NCBI RefSeq assembly: GCF_003918875.1
Contig: NW_025767237.1
Coordinates: 248,001-312,000 of the forward strand
Source of the DNA: Haliotis rubra
Lineage: Eukaryota
Length of the DNA stretch: 64,000 bases
Direction of reading: 5' to 3'
This document shows, in pieces, positions 39,401-49,223 of the stretch (its first letter is position 1; every line of letters starts with the position of its first letter). The position numbers and the translations under genes are program-made. A model generated the notes under the pieces. It saw only the letters and a program-made list of their open reading frames with translations, had not been told where the DNA came from and searched no databases.

Positions 39401-40910
39401 AGTTCATCTTCATTGTTTCCAAAGCTGAAAATACAGAGGGGTTCAAGATGTCAGGTTTTGGTTTGTTTCTTTGTTTGTTTGTTTTATGCTGCACTCAGCA
39501 ACATTCAAGCTACATGAAGGTGAAAATCTTTGAATGGCATTTACAAGGGGAATGCATAAGAAAAGCAAGATTTACTTCTTTATTGTGAATAATATGACAT
39601 TTCGGTGTTAATGCTTGTTCCTTCATCAGGTGAGATGAAGGGATAAGCATAAACTCCGAAACATCGTGTTATTCACAATTAAGAAGTTGACATCACTTTT
39701 CTTATACACCAAGGTGGTCTGGACCAGACAATCCAATGACATCATGAGCGTTGATTTATGCAATTTGGATTCAATGACATGTGTCAACCAAGTCAGAGTG
39801 CTTGGACACCCAATCCCATTAGTTGCCTCTTATGACAAGCATGGGTTGCTGAAAACCAATTCTAACCCTCATCACCACAGGCTCAGCTTGTACTCGATTA
39901 CAAAATAAAATCACTGAATATAAAGGGACAGACAATAAGTTTACTTTCATGTTCTCATTTCTGGATTTTTTCCTCATTTATAATGCAATACAAAATATAT
40001 ACAAATGTTGTGAGGAAAGTCCCTACCTTGTCAGTACGACTTTGCCGTTAGTGTGGCCCACAGCCAGAAGGTTCCGTGGCTCTGGGCGAGGGTACCAGGC
40101 TACACACTGGTCAAAATAAAATGAATATTTTGTGGCAACAAATCAAGAGAAGTCTGTTAACTTCTGATTATAACATGCATGTAAAACTCCAACTAAAGGG
40201 ATTGTCAAAATCTGGGATATAACCCAGTATTGGTGAGTTATGGACCAGCTGGGTTCAGTCCTGTTGTGATTTGGGTTTTACACCACTTTTAGCAATATTC
40301 CAGCAATGTCACAGCAAGAGACACCAGAATGGGCTTCACACATTGTACCCAAATGGGGAATAGAACCTGGGTCTACTACTCAGCTACCCTACCGCCCTAC
40401 TCTTATAGACGTACATATACATGTCTCTTACACTTTAGAAGTGTACACGCATATCCTACACTATAGAAGTTTAAAGACACATATCTAACATTGTAGAAAT
40501 GTACAATATCTCACCTTGATGAGGTTGATTTCTGAGTTGGTGGCCACGTGGACAGCACAGAAGTCGTCAGAGATTGCTGTACCTGTGAAAACAAACATTG
40601 TTTGACCCACAACACATAAACACAAAACAACACTTGTCATTTATCAGTCACTGTAACTGATCATCAACCACACCTTCACAAGAATGGAATAAAAATAAGT
40701 TTGGGAAATCTGTGTTTGTGTTTTGAGATACAGAGATGCAATTTCATCAGATGTACCCCAGACAGTATGCTGACATAAATGTTCCCCACCTCTGTAGGTC
40801 TGTCCTAGGCGTCGCTTCTCCACCTGGTACAGATCAAGGGAAGTTCCATACTTTATGAACTGGTCTGCGGCACTTGGAGACCACAGGACATCAAATTTGG
40901 TGCTGCTCAT
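12420..40910 (-). CDS. MIOS: GATOR2 complex protein MIOS (WD40 propeller, solenoid, C-terminal zinc finger/RING); about 27 coding exons
   Basis: Exon peptides in order: MSSTKFDVLWSP (40910-40790); ATNSEINLIK (~40582-40515); CVAWYPRPEPRNLLAVGHTNGKVVLT (~40106-40027); LIGKEF (~39424-39384); KHSRQCSYLAWNP (~39211-39149); IVIWDV...KPLFEVG (~38856-38697); MRVYDLR (~38432-38325); GLCVDP (~37702-37610); VSVWDLRSFEKP (~36775-36734); KISWCPTR (36351-36296); VKLYDIRH (~35602-35530); VERNIQ (~34884-34840); SSFAWHPTHENRLL (34210-~34092); DISTRMYNRVKMGYG (~33885-33742); LWKWLF (~33303-33229); 32793-32609; LQLCGW (30909-~30835); AAALALFNL (~29556-29449); LNAVAMALAGY...DPYLRAMFAFLT (~29325-29156); DKVAFAC (~28874-28812); GNLDGIMLTG (28200-~28127); DVQTAA (~20559-20421); YRKLLDRWRLWHHR (~19513-19473); AKFDI...CNFCGKSI (~18924-18753); CPSCRKSLPRCTLC (~18065-17958); WFTWCQSCRHGGH (~15469-15376); HTDCPVTDCSCKC (12534-12420, TGA). 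Two apparent 1-nt frameshifts are described in the findings. Confidence 0.95.
13365..15215. repeat. 31-bp minisatellite, about 60 copies, in the last MIOS intron
   Basis: Unit ATTATTATAGGGATATGTATCATATCTCACC. Confidence 0.97.
15688..17950. repeat. 29-bp C-rich/G-rich minisatellite, about 78 copies, in a MIOS intron
   Basis: Unit ACACCTGTCCCCAGTACCCTGGTTCCCTC. Confidence 0.97.
18146..18690. repeat. 28-bp minisatellite, about 19 copies
   Basis: Unit CATGTACAGTATGGAAG(T/C)CCAACAGGGT. Confidence 0.95.
19183..20246 (-). mobile_element. Cluster of three SINE family B copies (~19183-19350, ~19783-19950, ~20088-20246)
   Basis: Each copy has the A and B boxes and the shared tail; all are on the minus strand within MIOS introns. 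Confidence 0.85.
21690..22600 (-). pseudogene. Disrupted tyrosine recombinase of the DIRS element
   Basis: The first catalytic R (ATAAR) is in ORF 22157-22564. After a deletion/frameshift come HEVR (HxxR) and the catalytic Tyr in NHYL. One in-frame stop precedes PPRASNPHEVR. Confidence 0.85.
25040..25215 (+). pseudogene. THAP zinc-finger domain remnant (transposase N-terminus)
   Basis: MPNRCFVVNCSLGSGDGVTMHRFPQDPAVRAKWVMFV, then after a stop/frameshift LWKPETISYLCSDRF. This fits the THAP pattern MPxxCxxxxC...FP.D...R..W...LCSxHF with the last His replaced by Arg. Confidence 0.8.
25215..25752. mobile_element. Fold-back MITE(s): three ~135-bp arms arranged A / inverted A / spacer / A
   Basis: AATCAAAACTACT...CATGACACAACTT...ACATAACGATTTCTTCC...GAGGT at ~25220-25345 and ~25622-25750, with its reverse complement at ~25361-25492. 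Confidence 0.65.
28219..28582. other. Assembly gap (run of N)
   Basis: Ns inside a MIOS intron, next to TG/AG microsatellite. Confidence 1.
28888..29020. repeat. 32-bp tandem repeat, about 4 copies, next to a MIOS acceptor
   Basis: Unit TGGTTATCTCCCCTGATTAACAATACTTGAAA. Confidence 0.9.
29643..30363. repeat. 52-bp minisatellite, about 14 copies, apparently SINE-derived
   Basis: Unit CCACACCCCACAATATTGCAGCTATATGATAGAAGCCTGTAACTGATCCAGT. Confidence 0.95.
30447..30830. mobile_element. Non-autonomous fold-back element of uncertain class, ending at a MIOS donor site
   Basis: Long hairpin GTGCCCATATCATACTATGTTTAC...GTAAACATAGTATGATATGGGCAC (~30468-30586), followed by a CpG-containing segment with ACGTCAC repeats. 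Confidence 0.5.
31158..31314 (+). mobile_element. SINE family B
   Basis: GGTGGGGTAGTCTACTGGTTAAAGC...GGTTCGATTCCCC...GCGGCGTAAAACTAAGCTCACTCACTCACT. Confidence 0.85.
31458..32030. repeat. 41-bp minisatellite, about 14 copies
   Basis: Unit ACACCGGAGTCAGCAATATTGCATGTATTATATTAGTATAC. Confidence 0.95.
32050..32513. repeat. Degenerate ~19-bp minisatellite
   Basis: Unit AACAACCACCAATCTCCAG. Confidence 0.9.
32794..33228 (-). other. Second U12-type intron in MIOS
   Basis: 5' site GTATCCTG after ...WKWLF. Branch site ACCTTAAC at 32810-32803 followed by CTGCACCAG|. Confidence 0.82.
34190..34497. repeat. 39-bp tandem repeat, 8 copies, each containing a MIOS splice acceptor
   Basis: Minus-strand unit GTTGTGTGTTTTC(T/C)GCAG|CCTGTAAAGATTCTGTGATAT. 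Confidence 0.95.
34985..35093. mobile_element. Short palindromic MITE with PIF/Harbinger-like ends
   Basis: GGGCCTAGATTTTCGAAGCTCTCTTA...CTAAGATAGTCGTAAGT pairs with ACTTACGACTATCTTAG...TAAGAGAGCTTCGAAAATCTAGGCCC; arms about 45 bp. Confidence 0.75.
35630..35920. repeat. Two adjacent short tandem repeats (~49 bp x 3 and ~54 bp x 2)
   Basis: Units ACAACCCATCTCTCTCCAGATGGCTTGGTATACGCTAAAACAGTCTCC and TGTATCACCTACAACAATATCTCTCCATCACACACGACCAACCC. Confidence 0.85.
36111..36292. repeat. 35-bp tandem repeat, about 5 copies, starting inside a MIOS donor site
   Basis: Unit ACATACTGATGTAGATCTCGTCCTGGTAGCCTCTA, abutting the donor AG|GTGAGTATGT. Confidence 0.92.
36352..36733 (-). other. U12-type (minor spliceosome) GT-AG intron in MIOS
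   Basis: 5' site GTATCCTTT after ...FEKP. Branch site TCCTTAAC at 36367-36360, just before the AG at 36353-36352. No polypyrimidine tract. Confidence 0.9.
36455..36690. repeat. Compound (TCTG)n/(TG)n/(CG)n microsatellite inside the U12 intron
   Basis: Directly visible in the sequence. Confidence 0.9.
37047..37567. repeat. 74-bp tandem repeat, about 7 copies
   Basis: Unit GGTCAGTCTGAGTGCTGACCCTCTTGCCATGACTCTGGTCTCGAGGGAGGTAGCATCACCATAGGGTGACAACA. Confidence 0.95.
37990..38155 (-). mobile_element. SINE family B
   Basis: Same boxes and tail; flanked by the direct repeat TATGGTTTAGA (TSD). Confidence 0.85.
38500..38748. repeat. ~88-bp tandem duplication (about 3 copies) of a MIOS exon end plus donor site
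   Basis: CTACCTACTTCAAACAGAGGTTTTGATACGACCCCCAC is repeated; the rightmost copy is the coding GVVSKPLFEVG. Confidence 0.88.
40272..40397 (-). mobile_element. SINE family B, degenerate
   Basis: Tail and B box are recognisable; internal deletion. Confidence 0.7.
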
Positions 40911-41989
40911 GTCTGCTTTGACTGAAACAGAAGAAATATCGGAACATGAGAAAATGAGAAACTTACCAAACTGCCATGTCAGTTTAGTTTATCTGGTTGA
41001 TATTCAGAAGTAATGATTAACCTACTGGAACTCCGGACAATTACAAAAATAGTTCCATTGCTCCATATGTATGTATTCTAAAAACTCAGAAATAAATAAA
41101 GTCTATTCATTCTAGTAAGTAAGTCAATGATAATAACTTCACCTAAATATATAAGCTTATATGACAAATAAAACAAGCACCTGCTGGCAGCAATATAGAA
41201 TCACTGACATCATCATTGACAAAAAATGCAACATGCCCCGCCCAGTTGTTATTGGATAATCAAGAAACAGTAGTCTACCAGTAGATGCATTCTTGTTTTA
41301 GGTTAATGGAAATAGAAGTGCACAACACATTCATTTACTATGTCTCTCCTCTTCATGCTCATGTGTCAACTCTGAAAGTAGAGAGCTCTGATGGGCTTAA
41401 AACAATGGACACAAGTGCCTAGTGTCATAGGCCAATTTCTACTGTAATAATCATATTACCTATTTGTTTTCCCAGGCGCATGCAACTGAAGTTCCCGTTC
41501 TAGGTGTGCATTGGGTAAGAATCTGAAGGTACAGATTGTCTAGAATCTGAATTCTCCCATTTGGGTACTGCTCGATGTGTGTGTAAACATGGGCGAGTGG
41601 TTGAGTACCTGTCACGGCCATACTTTTATGACATATACATGTTGTGATTATACAGAGCATGGTGTAGTATATGGGTTCACTAATGGATGCTATGTTATTC
41701 TTCCATCAACACGTACCTAGTTTAAGACTAAGGGTTGCAAAAACTAGATCTACATGATACAAGTTATTGGACATATTCGCCAATCGAAATTTAGCAAATA
41801 GTTAGTGGACATAAAACCAAAAATATCATAAGGCCATGAAATATTATTAGGCCACAAAAAAGTTTCCGTTGTTTTCTTTTGACACCATTCAACAATATAA
41901 ACATATTCAGCAGACAGACTAACACTGAACTTTTTCGGAAACATGAGTCAGCAGCAATTGTTTTACGAATAACTACACAATCATTTGGA

Positions 41990-42250
41990 AAGAAACGCAC
42001 CTGCCAATTACTTTCCGGCTGAGAGCATTGATATAAACGTCACAAACATCGTGTTTAGGTATATCAGCAACTACAAGCTTCTCCTACAAAGGGGAGATGA
42101 CTCTTGTGTCTCATGTATTTTGCTTCCGCTTCCGGCTAAATTGTTTTGGTTCGCAACAGAGCGTTTGAGAATGTTTCAACATCACTAATACTTATCTTTG
42201 AAACACATCACTTCCAGTCAGGGTAGGAAGCAAGACCCGGTTAACGATGT
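41990..42250. promoter_or_regulatory. Probable bidirectional promoter of MIOS and CCDC89
   Basis: Minus-strand donor CAG|GTGCGT at about 42000, a candidate MIOS 5'UTR exon with a matching acceptor at about 40923. Tandem ETS cores CTTCCGCTTCCGG at about 42123-42135. Candidate CCDC89 ATG at 42247. Confidence 0.55.
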
Positions 42251-45200
42251 CGTCCGTCAATCAACAAACACCCCGAAATGTGCATCAAGTCGTCAGGGAT
42301 AGCAAAATGGTCGATATATTATTGGCTTGTTCATTTTCGTCGGATCACTATGAGCAGAGACACATATGGTCTCTGCTATGAGCAGTATATAAGTGTAAAA
42401 ACTAAATGTGATTTCAGAGTTATCATATTTATTTTTATTTTTGTCATATTGCATTTTTTTACAAAGTTGGCAAAATGTATGAAGGACATTTGGATAAACC
42501 AAATATAATGTAGTCAACCTGGTTCACCTTTGGATATCCCAAAATTTCCTCTTGAAATCCAGTGTTTATATTATAATAGCATGCAACCATCATAAGATTA
42601 TGTGTCTGTCAGAAAAAGTACCTGTAAAGGAAATATGCCATTATATTTATTAATATTATCAGAACTTGAAACACTATGGTTGAGATATTGTTGATTATGT
42701 GTTCTTGTGGAAACACTGTGTAATTTAGAAAGTGTTCAAATGTAGCAAATGTTATGGTTGGTATTAAGTGGTCCAGATCACATACTTTGATGTATGTAAC
42801 AAAAGTAAATTGACACAGTTCCCATGGCAGAGAGCTATAGATACACCATGTCAAAGTATGTGATCTAGACTACCATATGTTGGACATTGATTTATTTTTG
42901 TATAGTTTAGTGGGGTCCACTACTGACAAGGATTTTTCAGACATTTAATAGTAAACCAAGAAGTGAAAAGATGAGGCTTATTCAAAGTAATGTTGAGAGT
43001 TTTGTAATTTCAGGACATGACTGATATGGAGCAGACTTTATCTAAGCTCCGTGCACTGTCAGAAGATGATAAGACAGAAGCTGGGATGCTGAGATCTCGC
43101 ATTGATGAACAGTCACAACTTATTATGATTCTCAAACAGCGGGCTGATGAAGCTGTAATTCGAACTCAAACTCTTGATGCTATAAATAAAGAATTGATGG
43201 AATTTCGAGACAATGCCAATGAGCAGTTGCAGCATGAGATACGGAAGTTCAATATATTAGATTCCAGGTTTAATGACTTGGCTTCAAATCATGAAGAAAT
43301 GATCAAGTACAAAGATGAGTACAAGAGAGTCAATCAAGAACTGAGAGCTGAAAACGCCAAATTGAGAGAAGACAATGCTAAACTGTTTTCTCAAGCGATA
43401 GTGGAGCGAGATCAAAAGATACATGAGCTGGATAAGAAGTGTTCCGAGCTGAAGTCACAATACAACATCATAGAACAGAGATGCAGGTAAGTCCACATTG
43501 TGCATGGCGCTGACATGTATCCTTGATACTACTACAGGGTGGAAAGCACAGTGAGTACACATAGTTTACAAAGGTCAATCGTCTAAAGTTGCCTCTTCAA
43601 AGAGATGATATTGTGTTTCCATGATCACTAAACATCTGACAACTTTGTTTTGTGCCATTCCTGTTTGCAGCATAACCACAGCACGGAGAGGTTGATTTTC
43701 AGTGAGATCTGGCATTATGTATGCATTATTTACAGTTACACAAAAGTGTTTTAATGATCACCTGAAAGCTAGACAGCCATTGTGTGCTGGTCACATTCCA
43801 AAACCATGTACAAAACAATGTCCATAAGTCACATTTTACAGCAGCAAATCACATTTCTAGTTTTGTTTTTCAGTTTCTATTTGACAAAATGTATGGTTAA
43901 AGTGTAGTCCAGAATATGACTATGTACATCAGCTGCAAGTGAAGGCACTAGGTAATTAACTAAAGGCAATCCACACAACAAGACTCATTAAAACAGATAG
44001 CACATAGAATCTGTACACATCATGATAGGAAGGCATCCTGGACAGGCTGGACCAGTCCACACATGATGGACTTCGATGCACTATAGAAACTATACTCTAG
44101 GGAAAGGAGGATAATTACTCCCTGGTCAATACTTGCAGGGCAAAGTTCACACACACCAATCATGCTTAGTCTTTTGTTACTTAGTTGAAGTTACCTTCTT
44201 GACCTAACTAAGTATTGTCAAAGGAGATGTTGCCAGATCAAACACAACTTTTAGATTACGTGATGTAGAGGGTTTGGTTAAGGAAAACAGATACTTCTCA
44301 ACAAGGTAGCCAACTGGTCTCGGGATGGCTTACAACATGCAACTGTGGCACCACTTGTCATCCCCGAAAACAAACTAACATCAGATTTTATCACCTCTAT
44401 CATGTTGATGATGTTTCTTAAAGAACTTTTTGGTGGAGTCCGGCATACAGATAAAAGTGTACTATTTATATTTATAATTATGTATATTTTTCTGATTGTC
44501 TTATTAACATTTCAGGCAAATGCAGTTGGAATTTAAGCAGAAAGAAGAAACCTACAAGTCCGAGAATCTGAATCTACAAGATACACACCGCAGTGAGATG
44601 TCTGCCCTACAACACAAACTGCAGGATATGGAGGAGAGGTTGAAAGGTAGGAACGGAGCCTATTGTTGTTGATGCTGTTGTAGCAGCAGCAGCAGTAACG
44701 TATCACATCTCCATTCTGGTTTCAAGGAAGTATTTATTTTGATTCATCTTTTAGCATGAGAAAGCTTGTCAGTTATTCCAATGGCATTTGTCATTATTAC
44801 AAGATTCATCATTTTTACCTCTTAATCATTAGTGTCATCTCCCTTTCCAGAAATGCTTCTGGTTCTCTCATGAGATCTCTTTTCTTTTCCTGTACTGATT
44901 CCTGCTGTAGCCTCCTGTTTGTGGTGCCAACAAACATCAGCTTCAGTGTATCCGCTACACCTGTACAGTCACCAATCTCAACATGGTGTCTTGTTTCAGG
45001 AGCTACACACAAGCTCCAAATGCAGATTGACAATAAGCAGTCGGCCAGCTTTGAGGCCAGCAGTAAGATCGCTCAGCTGACCCGAGAGAAGGATGAACTC
45101 CTCGACCTTGCCATGCAGAGAGGGAAGCTCGTCACGGTAAATACCATCATTAGAATCTAAATGGTCAATAGAGCAAGTTGGAGACACCAGCTGACAAAGA

Positions 45201-48200
45201 TAGGTCAGACCGAGATGTTTACAGACATATCAAATTTACCTTCATGCATATACTACTTGAGGCCTAAAAAATGTTTTGGTAGAATTTCATACTTGCTTGC
45301 TGCAAAAGATTTAACTACAGACAAGTATACTCACTTCAAGTTTACCTTCCAACTGTACTTAGTGAAAAATGCAATCATACAACATTGCCAACTGTTGTAA
45401 GAGCTTCAACTTCTGTAAATGAACTGTTAACATTTGACAATGAACTTGGTGGGAAGTATAGCTTAGTTACATTATTTATTGTGAGCCTTTGTATGATCCT
45501 ACACACGTGCAGAGAACCTGGCAGTTGCTCCAGCAATGGCCAGATAAAAGTGAATCACTTTGTTGATGCAAGCCCTCATTTTGTACATTAATTCCATGGT
45601 CAGTTGGTCCCATCCTCGATAGTCTGCAGGGTATACGTTACGATAACTCTGCACTATGCCCTGGATGCATCCATGGCTTGGGGCGATGATTTTATTACCT
45701 CCCTTGGCTGGCTTTTTATCCAATCAGGTGCCTACGCTGGGAAGTTGAGCGTACCATTCACAACTCACTTTCGCTTAAACTTGGCAACACAATTGATGCA
45801 AAGGTACTCTGAAAGAAGTAGACGGAGTTCTGTCATATATTTTTTTTAAGTTTCAGGTCTGTCAATTTGTCTTTATTATTTCCCAAAAAATCTGAGTGGT
45901 ACTGCGAACAAACCTTCGCGAACTGCGCCTGCTATCCTTGTTGACACTGGCAAGCTCGGATGTAATGGCGGCTTAGCTGATTGGCTACTGTGAGAATGCG
46001 GAGCCAGCCAAGGGAGGTAATAAAATCATCGCCCAAGCCGTGGATGCATCCAGGGTATAGTGGAGAGTTATCCTAATGTATACCCTGGAGATTATCGAGG
46101 ATGAGTTGGTCCCTGATTTTGCAGGAATAAAGGGTATCAAACCAACTGACAGTGACCTGTACTTATTCCAGTCGTGACCCGACAAACCAGGGTTACTATC
46201 CCCAAGAGACACAAGTTACAGGATGATTCTAACCTAAAATCTGGGGGGTTTCTGTTGTAGAAGGAGCAGACGGACAACAAGATTCTGCAGAGGAAAGTGG
46301 AAGAGATGGAGAAAGCTGTCCGAAAGATGGAGGAGAAATTTCAGTAGGTTCACTAGTCAAACACACAAAACTCATTCACAGTCTTCAGTGGTGTTGAAAT
46401 AAATAATCACTATGAACAACTTGTAAGTGTCAAAATTTTATTAATTATCACTGTTGTCCATTTTCAGATCTGAAGCATCATCGGTCAATGCCAACCTCCA
46501 AGTGCGGAGGTTACGAGATGACTTGTCAGAGGCCAACATACGACAAAAGGAAGTGCTCAAGGTGACATTGTGTACAGATAACCCCTTGTCTCACACCTTC
46601 ATGGCCCTGTCTACTATGAATTCTTTCTATGGTGCTTAATACCTGGGACGTACTTGCTACCCTTTGTCTCACACCTTCATGGCCCTGTCTACTATAAAAC
46701 CTTTCTATGGTTCTGAATACCTGGGACGTACTTACTGTCAAAGCTTAGCTTCACAATAGACCTCACCACCTCCATCTTGCTTAACAATAATGAATCAAAG
46801 TTTTCTTCTTCCTTATAGTTTATCATTTATCTATATTCGATGTTGAGGCTTCTTACGACAGTGCTTGTCAAAAGCTGTGGGAAGTTACAAGACTGTCAGG
46901 AGTAACTAGGCAAAGAGTGAATGACTGTTGATATGTGTGCACTCAATCTTTTGAGAACAGTAGAATTGTTAGGATGGCAGTTTTCAGCATCAGATCATTC
47001 TCAGACTCAAAACCTACATTTGTTGATGTCCTGTTGTGTATGAAGTTAAAGATACCCTGTCTCACACCTGCATGCAAATCTTTACATTGATACCGTTAGC
47101 ATGTTTAGATGGTGAAATACTTGTGTTTCTCTTCATGTATGATATTCTCTGTTCTTCCTGCGGAACCAGATGGAGGTATGACTGGTAGAACTTGGTGTAA
47201 CAACTCACGACATAGCTCTTGTCACCATTCACACAAGGGTGCAGGGTAGCACAGTGGATAATGCACTTGTTTGTTGGTACCACAGATACTGGTTGGACTA
47301 GACATAAATGTTTAATGTCAACCCCATTCTTGATATAGAATTGTGCCAATAGTGATGATTTAAGAAGCATAAAACTATATTCTCTCTCACCATACACTAT
47401 GCATGGAATAGTGCCCCCTATGAATGTTCATTGTTCACTTTCACACTCTATATGTTTGAGATTTATTTCTATCTAATGTGAAATTATGGAGAGATTTATA
47501 GTTTCTAAAAGCACTAGATCATTCCAAGATTTGCTTTACTGTATTGATGTATGGTAGTCTTATGAGATGAGGTGAAATTGGGTTTAACGTCGTGCTTGAG
47601 AATTTCGCTCATATGACGACGTGCATGCGTGTGTATGTGTATGTGCGGCTGCATGTACTAGCCTGGACTGAAGCTGGTTTTATAGTGCCCACTGAGATAC
47701 CATGCCGCAGTGAAGCATGAATACCCCACTCAGACACATTATACTGACTCCGAGCCGACCAGTCCTTGTTGTACCCATTAATGCCGAGCGCCAGACAGGG
47801 ACCAACAAGTACCATATTTTAACCTCTTTTGGTATGACGCGGTCGGGGATCGAACCCGCGACCTTCTGCTCTCAGGGCGGACGCTCTAACCACTACACCA
47901 CGGAGGCAGTCGGTAGTCTTATGTGCTGACTGGAGGGGTATAGGTGATGTATTGCCAGTGGGGTAGCCTAGTGGTTAAAGCGTTCGTTCATTATGCCAAA
48001 GACCCAGGTTCGATTCCCCTAGTGGGTACAATGTGTAAAGCCCATTTCTGGTGTCCCCAGGCGTGATATTGCTGGAATATTGCTAAAAGTAGCAAAAATC
48101 CAAACTCACTCACTCTTGCTGAGCAGTTGTTTCTTGGAACAAAACCCGAGATACGCTACAGTTTTTATCCTTAATCCATCAGCACCCTATCCTTTCACTT

Positions 48201-48804
48201 CTGTTTCACCAAGCTAAACGTTGACCTGCGTCACTGTCACTTAGGCTCTCTCTCTCACATAAGCAGCCTTATGAACGGGATCAAGGTGCATGTCTTCAAT
48301 TTTCTAGTAGAATTTTGTGATCTGTTGTGATTCTTAATTTCCATGTGACAGAATAGGTCCTGAACATTTCATTCTTGGTTCAAGAGTAAATTCATATTGG
48401 AATATACATATCAAATGTGATAATTAGCTAAGCTTGTGCCCACTTTGCATGGAACTTTTGTCTATTTATGACCAACAGATTTATCAGTTTCAGAATTCAT
48501 TACATGCTGGCTGCCAGTGCTGTGATATTACTGGCTTCTGCCGTGACACTCTCCAGCCACTATGGTTGAAAGTAGAAACTATTTGATTATCAGTAGCAAA
48601 ACTAATTTTGAAAAACATTGTAATGTTTTAGCTGTTGGACATAAACAAAACAATAAATAATAGCCTACTTAACTATTAATTGAATTGAATGTTAAATTTG
48701 TTCCTCTTTCTGTGCAGGAATTTGATGCTTTCAAGAAACACTCCAACAATCTGCTGCAGAAAGAACGAGAGCTCAATGAAAGATTGAGACATCTGGTTGG
48801 CTGA
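42247..48804 (+). CDS. CCDC89: Coiled-coil domain-containing protein 89; exons 42247-42309 (tentative), 43014-43486, 44516-44646, 45000-45137, 46261-46343, 46469-46561, 48718-48804
   Basis: The peptides LRALSEDDKTEAGMLRSRIDEQSQLIMILKQRADE, RFNDLASNHEEMIKYKDEYK, EKDELLDLAMQRGKL and C-terminal EFDAFKKHSNNLLQKERELNERLRHLVG* match CCDC89 family motifs. Exon phases are compatible. The first exon uses a weak donor (GTCGAT) and is less certain. Confidence 0.88.
45611..46103. mobile_element. MITE with ~100-bp TIRs and a 9-bp TSD (Mutator-like), in a CCDC89 intron
   Basis: Ends CATCCTCGATA... and ...TATCGAGGATG. Long inverted arms at ~45611-45712 and ~46003-46103. Perfect direct repeat AGTTGGTCC at 45602-45610 and 46104-46112. 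Confidence 0.85.
46580..46737. repeat. ~79-bp tandem duplication just after a CCDC89 donor
   Basis: TTGTCTCACACCTTCATGGCCCTGTCTACTAT...AATACCTGGGACGTACTT occurs twice. Confidence 0.85.
47565..47911 (-). mobile_element. SINE family A, full length, in a CCDC89 intron
   Basis: tRNA head with B box GGTTCGATCCC, same body as the other copies, TSD GGTAGTCTTATG (47553-47564 and 47912-47923). Confidence 0.87.
47958..48114 (+). mobile_element. SINE family B
   Basis: GTGGGGTAGCCTAGTGGTTAAAGCG...GGTTCGATTCCC...AAACTCACTCACTC. Confidence 0.85.
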
Positions 48805-49223
48805 AGTTACGCTGTCAGTGATTGGCCACTTCAGAAAAAGACTGATTATATCTCATTGGGTGAATCTTCTGAGGTCAACAGTATGAGTCTAGAACAAGAG
48901 CACTAAGGATGTCAATGCTACTCTCAGTATTTATTCAGAGAAATTCTACCCTCAGCATCATCAGTTCCTGGGTATTTGTGGTTCATCATGTTAATATGCT
49001 GTTAATAATTACCCTGATTACATAGAGACAAGATCTGTGTAACAGAGGATGGTAGCCAAAATATCTTGACAAGGCATACTTATTGCAACAGCTCCTTTAA
49101 GTCTGCTAAATAGGAGAGTTTTGATTATCTTAGCATTACCTGTATGTGAAATGTAGTTAGTTACTCCACATACAGTATTGATCATACATGTTGTATAAAT
49201 ATGACCCTCATAGGTCTGTCATT

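Noticed and set aside
47062-47397. 111-aa antisense ORF inside a CCDC89 intron
   Set aside because: No recognisable homology and no partner exons.
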